A stretch of DNA of 12,251 bases from Fibrobacteria bacterium. GTDB taxonomy: Bacteria; Fibrobacterota; Fibrobacteria; UBA11236. Positions 7,714 to 12,251 of this stretch are shown here, in pieces. The translations under genes and the position numbers were made by a program. Location: the NCBI GenBank assembly GCA_043732185.1, contig JAYTHY010000065.1, forward strand, positions 1 through 12,251, read 5' to 3'. Each line of letters opens with the position of its first letter. Within the stretch, counting starts at the first letter, position 1. The notes under the pieces were generated by a model, which ran no database searches, was not told the origin of the DNA, and saw nothing but the letters and a program-made list of their open reading frames with translations.

Positions 7714-9561
7714 ATGCAGCTGAAATCACATTTCACTGAACAAGAGTGGAAGCAATGGGTAACGCCCGGATGCAGAGTATTCGTAGGATCTGGCGCGGCT
7801 TGTCCCACCGGACTCATGAAAAACTTTTTGGAATATGCGCATCATTTTATCGATATCGAACTGGTGCATATATTGACTCTAGGTGGATCTCCCTGGATAA
7901 CGGAAGAGCATTGTAAAAACTTCAAAGTCAATTCCCTATTCTTAGGCGAACAAAGCCGAAAAATGGTGGCCAAGGGATTGTCTGATTACACGCCTTGCTT
8001 TTTGTCTGAAATACCAAGACTTTTTCTCGATCATACCTTGCCTATTGACGTGGCCATTATTTCAGTGTGTCCACCCGACATTCATGGCTATTGCTCCTTA
8101 GGCGTATCGGTTGATGTGGTATCTGCAGCTACGCGATCGGCAAAATACGTAATTGCCCAGGTTAACCCAAAAATGCCAAGGACCATGGGAAGAAGTTTTA
8201 TCCATGTAAGTAAAATTACCGCCATGGTTGAGATAGCAGAACCACTTCCCGAACTCCCGCGCCCTGTCCTCGATGCAGTTACCATGAAAATTGGGAAGTT
8301 CGTTTCGCTCTTGATAGAAGACGGCAGTACCCTGCAAATGGGCATAGGGAAAATACCGGATGCTGTCTTGACATTTTTACACGACCATAAAGATTTGGGT
8401 ATTCATACGGAAATGTTCAGCGACGGAGTATTGGACCTTTTTGAAAAAGGCGTCATTACCAATTCAAAAAAATCAATCCACCCCAACTTGACCATCACTT
8501 CATTTTGCATGGGATCAAAAAAACTTTACGATTTTGTGGACAACAACCCGCATATAGAATTTCATCCAAGTGAATATGTCAATTCGCCATTAGTCATCGC
8601 CCAGAATAATAAAATGGTGGCGATAAACAGCGCCCTTGAAGTGGATTTGACTGGACAGGTTGTTTCAGATTCGGTGGGTTTTCGATTCTACAGCGGTATA
8701 GGCGGTCAGGTTGATTTTATTAGGGGCGCGGCACAATGTCAAAATGGCACGCCTATCATCGCGCTGGCCTCAACCTGTAAAAACGATAGCATTTCCAAAA
8801 TCGTCCCGTGTTTAACGGAAGGATCTGGAGTGGTGACTTCCCGTGGCGATATCCATTACGTAGTTACGGAATACGGCATCGCCACTTTAAGAGGCAGAAG
8901 CATACGGGAACGAGCCCTGGAAATGATTCAAATCGCCCATCCAAAATTTCGGGAACAGTTGTTAAAACAGGTGCGGGATCAGGCTTGGGTACCCGCGTAC
9001 CAGGAACAAAAATATTCACAAGCACCTGGAATAAGCAAATTTGAAATTCAAAAATTGAAATTAAACGATGGCGTCTATTTGTTACGGGCCCTTGGCCCTT
9101 CAGACGAGAGGCGGCTGCAAGAATTTTTTTACTCCCATAACCAGGATTCGATTTATCAAAGATACCGTTCCATAGTCAATAAAATGCCGCGGGAAACGGC
9201 TTATAAACTCGTTAATGTGGATCAAAATATGGATTTGGCATTATGCATCGTGGAGCGGCAGGGCCCACGTGAAATCATCCATGCCGTAGGCCGCTACTAT
9301 TTGGAGCAAAAGGAAAATCGCGCCGAAGTCGCTTTTATCGTTCGGGAAACCAAACGGAAATTGGGAATGGCCTCAATCATATTGGAACAGCTCATTGCGA
9401 CTGCAAAACAAAGGAATATCCTGCAACTCTTCGCGTTTGTCAGAAATGACAATTATCCCATGATCAAAATATTTACTAAGTTCCAATTCGATAAAAAAGA
9501 AACGGATGATGTGATGGAGAGCTATTTTACTTTGGATTTGACGAAATGTTTGCCGAACTAA
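7714..9561 (+). CDS. Fusion of acetyl-CoA hydrolase/transferase (4-hydroxybutyrate CoA-transferase-like) and C-terminal Pat-type GNAT acyltransferase
   Basis: Probable start ATG 7714 after AGAGGA. Transferase motifs GYCSLGVSVD, DGSTLQMGIGKIPDAV, LGIHTEMFSDG, INSALEVDLTGQV, SGIGGQVDF, VVTEYGIA, IAHPKFRE. Last ~160 aa are GNAT: LRALGPSDERRLQEFF, AVGRY, AEVAFIV, RKLGMA, DNYPM. Confidence 0.92.
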   Translation: MQLKSHFTEQEWKQWVTPGCRVFVGSGAACPTGLMKNFLEYAHHFIDIELVHILTLGGSPWITEEHCKNFKVNSLFLGEQSRKMVAKGLSDYTPCFLSEIPRLFLDHTLPIDVAIISVCPPDIHGYCSLGVSVDVVSAATRSAKYVIAQVNPKMPRTMGRSFIHVSKITAMVEIAEPLPELPRPVLDAVTMKIGKFVSLLIEDGSTLQMGIGKIPDAVLTFLHDHKDLGIHTEMFSDGVLDLFEKGVITNSKKSIHPNLTITSFCMGSKKLYDFVDNNPHIEFHPSEYVNSPLVIAQNNKMVAINSALEVDLTGQVVSDSVGFRFYSGIGGQVDFIRGAAQCQNGTPIIALASTCKNDSISKIVPCLTEGSGVVTSRGDIHYVVTEYGIATLRGRSIRERALEMIQIAHPKFREQLLKQVRDQAWVPAYQEQKYSQAPGISKFEIQKLKLNDGVYLLRALGPSDERRLQEFFYSHNQDSIYQRYRSIVNKMPRETAYKLVNVDQNMDLALCIVERQGPREIIHAVGRYYLEQKENRAEVAFIVRETKRKLGMASIILEQLIATAKQRNILQLFAFVRNDNYPMIKIFTKFQFDKKETDDVMESYFTLDLTKCLPN

Positions 9562-10532
9562 GCAAACGGTTTCCCATAAAAAATCGGCATTTTCGTCTGC
9601 TTGGTCACCCGAATTGTCTTTTACATGATCCTGGAAAAATGCATCCTGAAAGCATTGCTCGCTTGGAAGCCATTTTACGAGGCTTATTGAAACTTGATGC
9701 CCGACTGCCATTGGATATGGAAATTCCCGCGCCGGCGAATTTAATGGACCTCAAAATCGTCCACACAAAAAACTATTTGTTGTATCTAGAGGAAACCTGC
9801 TTAAAATCCGAATCGCATTTTATGTCCAAGGACAATCCCCTCTCCGAATTCAGTTTGGACGCCATTCTCGCCTCTGGTGGCATGTCCCTGACGGCAGGCA
9901 AACATCTTCTACAAGGTGGGAGCTGTTTTTGCTTAACTCGTCCACCCGGGCATCATGCTGGCAAAGAAAATTCTGAAGGATTTTGCTTTATCAATCACGT
10001 GGCTTTAGCCATTGAAAAAATTCGACTCAGCCAGCCCATGGCCCGGTTTCTCATTGTCGATTTCGATGTGCATCATGGCAATGGAATCGACACCATTTAT
10101 AGAGAAGACGACAATGTATTTTACTTCTCCCTGCATGGCTCTCCCGCACATGTCTATCCCGGAACAGGTTGGGAACAGGATACTGGCGGAAAAGAGAATC
10201 CTGGATCTAGACTCAATATCCCACTTGATCTGCATACGTCCGGTAAAGCGTGGATTGAAAAATTCCGCGAGCATCTCTCGATCGCCGCAGAAAAAAGCCA
10301 ACCGGATTTTTTACTCGTCAGCGCCGGTTTTGACGCCCATATTCAAGATCCCTTTGGACTAATGGACTTGCAGGACGAACATTATTCCCAGTGCATTCAA
10401 TTGCTTCTGCAAACCTCACATCAGTACTGCCAGGATCGAATGGGACTTTTTCTGGAAGGCGGCTACTCCATGGATGTGCTATCCCGGGTCGTGCCAAAAG
10501 TTATTGCCCAGTTGGCAATGGCGCTAAACTGA
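9546..10532 (+). CDS. Zn-dependent histone-deacetylase-family (AcuC/HdaH-like) amidohydrolase
   Basis: 328 aa, overlapping the upstream stop by 16 nt. Motifs HPE..RL, RPPGHHA, GFC..N, DFDVHHGNG, SLH, YPGTG, NIPL, SAGFDAH..DP and LEGGY are intact. Confidence 0.95.
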   Translation: MFAELSKRFPIKNRHFRLLGHPNCLLHDPGKMHPESIARLEAILRGLLKLDARLPLDMEIPAPANLMDLKIVHTKNYLLYLEETCLKSESHFMSKDNPLSEFSLDAILASGGMSLTAGKHLLQGGSCFCLTRPPGHHAGKENSEGFCFINHVALAIEKIRLSQPMARFLIVDFDVHHGNGIDTIYREDDNVFYFSLHGSPAHVYPGTGWEQDTGGKENPGSRLNIPLDLHTSGKAWIEKFREHLSIAAEKSQPDFLLVSAGFDAHIQDPFGLMDLQDEHYSQCIQLLLQTSHQYCQDRMGLFLEGGYSMDVLSRVVPKVIAQLAMALN

Positions 10533-10910
10533 ATGGTGGGAACAATCCATAGCATTTCGCACGCCAACCAGCAAGTCAGCAATTTGAAACGGTTTCATGA
10601 GAAAAATGGCGCGGCCTTCCTGAACCTCCTCAATCACCATCGGATGAGCCGAAAAACCGGAAATATAGAGAACTCTGGTTTCCGGTCGCATTAGTCGTAC
10701 ACATTTGGCCAATTCGCATCCGTCCATGAAAGGGTCCATTTGTACGTCAGTTATTAATAAATCAACCACCCCAGAATAATTGTCGAGCAGAATCAATGCT
10801 TCATCACTGTGGCACGCTACAAGCACAGCGTACCCCTCTCGCTTTAAAATGGTTTCCGTAAACCTACGAATGGGTTCGTCATCTTCAACTAAAAGCACAG
10901 CCCCATTCAT
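10524..10910 (-). CDS. Single-domain response regulator (receiver only)
   Basis: 128 aa. VLLVEDD acidic pair, DLLITDVQM phosphoacceptor Asp, YISG Ser, FLMKPF Lys. No output domain. Confidence 0.92.
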   Translation of the reverse strand: MNGAVLLVEDDEPIRRFTETILKREGYAVLVACHSDEALILLDNYSGVVDLLITDVQMDPFMDGCELAKCVRLMRPETRVLYISGFSAHPMVIEEVQEGRAIFLMKPFQIADLLVGVRNAMDCSHHSV

Positions 10911-11026
10911 TTCAACCGCCTTGCTGTATTCATGTATAGCCTGTAACGATTATTAATATACTACCACAAGGCCATCCAATCCAAATGAAATCAACCTAAT
11001 GCCAAATTAAGTTGGCCTTCCAGCGC

Positions 11027-11938
11027 CTAATCCGACTTTTTCTTCCTTACAATTTCCACCGTACATGGAGCGTGACTGGCTAGAGAAGAAGAAACGCTAC
11101 CTAAAAAAAACCTTTCCAATGCGCCCGTGCCATGCGATCCCAAGAACAGGCAATCCGCATGTGTTTCCGCTATTCTTTTCAGTAATACGTGACGAGGATC
11201 TCCATCATATGTTTCAACAACCACTTTTAACCCGATTGCCTTAAACCTCGTAGCCTCAATGGACAATTTATTTTGCATCCAGGAAGCCCATTCGGTTTGA
11301 AATTGGCCTATTCCCAATTCCTCCTGGGCATTCCGCACTTTCTTGAGATCAATGCCCTGGTCAAAAACCGATATCAACCTCATTAGGGTATTTGGAGGCC
11401 AATTTCTGGAGGCCAATTGTGTTAATAGGTAATCCGCATTGGGACTTCCGTCCATGCCAACGATTATTTCCAATGGGCTACCCGCAGCTCTAATCCTTGC
11501 CCTGTTTATCCTAACTGTTGTGTGGGCATGGTTGATGACATTGGTCGAAACACTTCCAAGAAATAGGCGCCGCCAAGCCGTGTGACCGTGGGAAGCCATG
11601 ACAATCAAATCCGGCTTCCACGCTTCCGCCTTGGCGAGAATACCTTGGGCAGGAAAATCCAGAACCACTTCGGACTGCACTTTCCATTCCGGAAAACGGG
11701 GTTCCAAATGATTTCTGCCTCGGCTTGCAATAATTTCGGCATTTTCGCGAGCCTGCTTCTCAAAGGCCAGCATGTCCGCAACAGCCGTCACTCCGGCTTC
11801 ATTCACACTAAAAAATGGCCATGGCGCGGCCACAGTTAGCACAATAACATGGGCTTTATCAGGTAATGCTGCCAAATCCAAGTCCGCGAGTGCTTCATCT
11901 GCATCCGCAGATCCATCATATCCAATTAGTATTTTCAT
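11027..11938 (-). CDS. Tandem-domain universal stress protein
   Basis: 303 aa with two USP domains: ILIGYDGS...DLIVMASHG...LGSVS and IIVGMDGS...LFLGSHG...LGSVS...APCTVEIV. SD AGGAG 7 nt upstream of the ATG. Confidence 0.95.
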   Translation of the reverse strand: MKILIGYDGSADADEALADLDLAALPDKAHVIVLTVAAPWPFFSVNEAGVTAVADMLAFEKQARENAEIIASRGRNHLEPRFPEWKVQSEVVLDFPAQGILAKAEAWKPDLIVMASHGHTAWRRLFLGSVSTNVINHAHTTVRINRARIRAAGSPLEIIVGMDGSPNADYLLTQLASRNWPPNTLMRLISVFDQGIDLKKVRNAQEELGIGQFQTEWASWMQNKLSIEATRFKAIGLKVVVETYDGDPRHVLLKRIAETHADCLFLGSHGTGALERFFLGSVSSSLASHAPCTVEIVRKKKSD

Positions 11939-12035
11939 AAGGCTGCTCCTGTAGGTAATTTCTTTATTCGGTCCGACTTGCCTATCCCTCTTCAGAATTG
12001 GATTCCATTAATCCTTTTCCACGATTAAATATCAA

Positions 12036-12052
12036 AGCGAAACTCATACCAA
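12036..12052 (-). promoter_or_regulatory. Candidate sigma54 (-24/-12) promoter for the USP gene
   Basis: Minus strand TTGGTATGAGTTTCGCT: GG-N10-GC with a TGGYAY-type -24 box and one mismatch at -12 (TCGC), about 100 nt upstream of the ATG. Confidence 0.45.
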
Positions 12053-12251
12053 TAATCAACGCTAATGCCGGGGATAAAACCACGAATAAATCAATTTAGT
12101 TGTAACTTTGTCGCAATATCGGTTTGTGTTTCGCATGGTATTCCTGAAAACCCTCTTTAATGTGGATGAAGGAGTATTCTATTTCTGAGAATAATGACGC
12201 CAGGATACACGACCACGGAAGAGTCGAAAAGATACTTTTTAGGAATCAGAG

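Noticed and set aside
61..11954. Remaining short antisense and alternate-frame ORFs in the track (e.g. 61-540, 2801-3313, 3965-4642)
   Set aside because: They overlap well-supported genes and have no motifs. The similarity between 903-1202 and 3144-3425 only mirrors the kinase paralogy.
12021..12037. FNR-like box near TTGAT upstream of the USP
   Set aside because: Second half-site and spacing do not fit TTGAT-N4-ATCAA.
11982..12083. 33-aa hydrophobic minus-strand ORF (VVLSPALALIIGMSFALIFNRGKGLMESNSEEG)
   Set aside because: Looks like a single transmembrane peptide, but has a GTG start with no SD, a T-rich strand favours hydrophobic codons, and it overlaps the candidate promoter. Ribosome profiling or tBLASTn conservation could revive it.
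1..12251. CRISPR array, tRNA/rRNA, IS elements, phage or defence genes
   Set aside because: No periodic repeats, cloverleafs, transposase or integrase motifs seen. The MBL protein has the full beta-CASP motif set, not that of a beta-lactamase.

Overview
Bacterial chromosomal window of moderate GC with nine well-supported CDSs. I found no RNA genes, mobile elements or CRISPR arrays. The plus-strand block holds a soluble PAS histidine kinase (118-1254), a divergent Ric/YtfE/ScdA-like hemerythrin protein (1454-2236), a paralogous PAS histidine kinase (2263-3447) and a beta-CASP metallo-beta-lactamase nuclease (3458-4819). Next come a minus-strand type IIA (SERCA/PacL-like) P-type ATPase, a divergent two-gene operon encoding a CoA-transferase/hydrolase-GNAT fusion plus a Zn-dependent deacetylase, a single-domain response regulator, and a tandem universal stress protein. 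Candidate sigma54 (-24/-12) promoters with upstream tandem motifs precede the hemerythrin and USP genes. The content suggests a redox/low-oxygen response locus (inference). The most interesting parts are the putative self-supplying lysine-acylation writer/eraser pair and the kinase-hemerythrin-kinase sandwich with NifL/Aer-type PAS domains. All family calls come from motif recognition by eye; no database searches were run.
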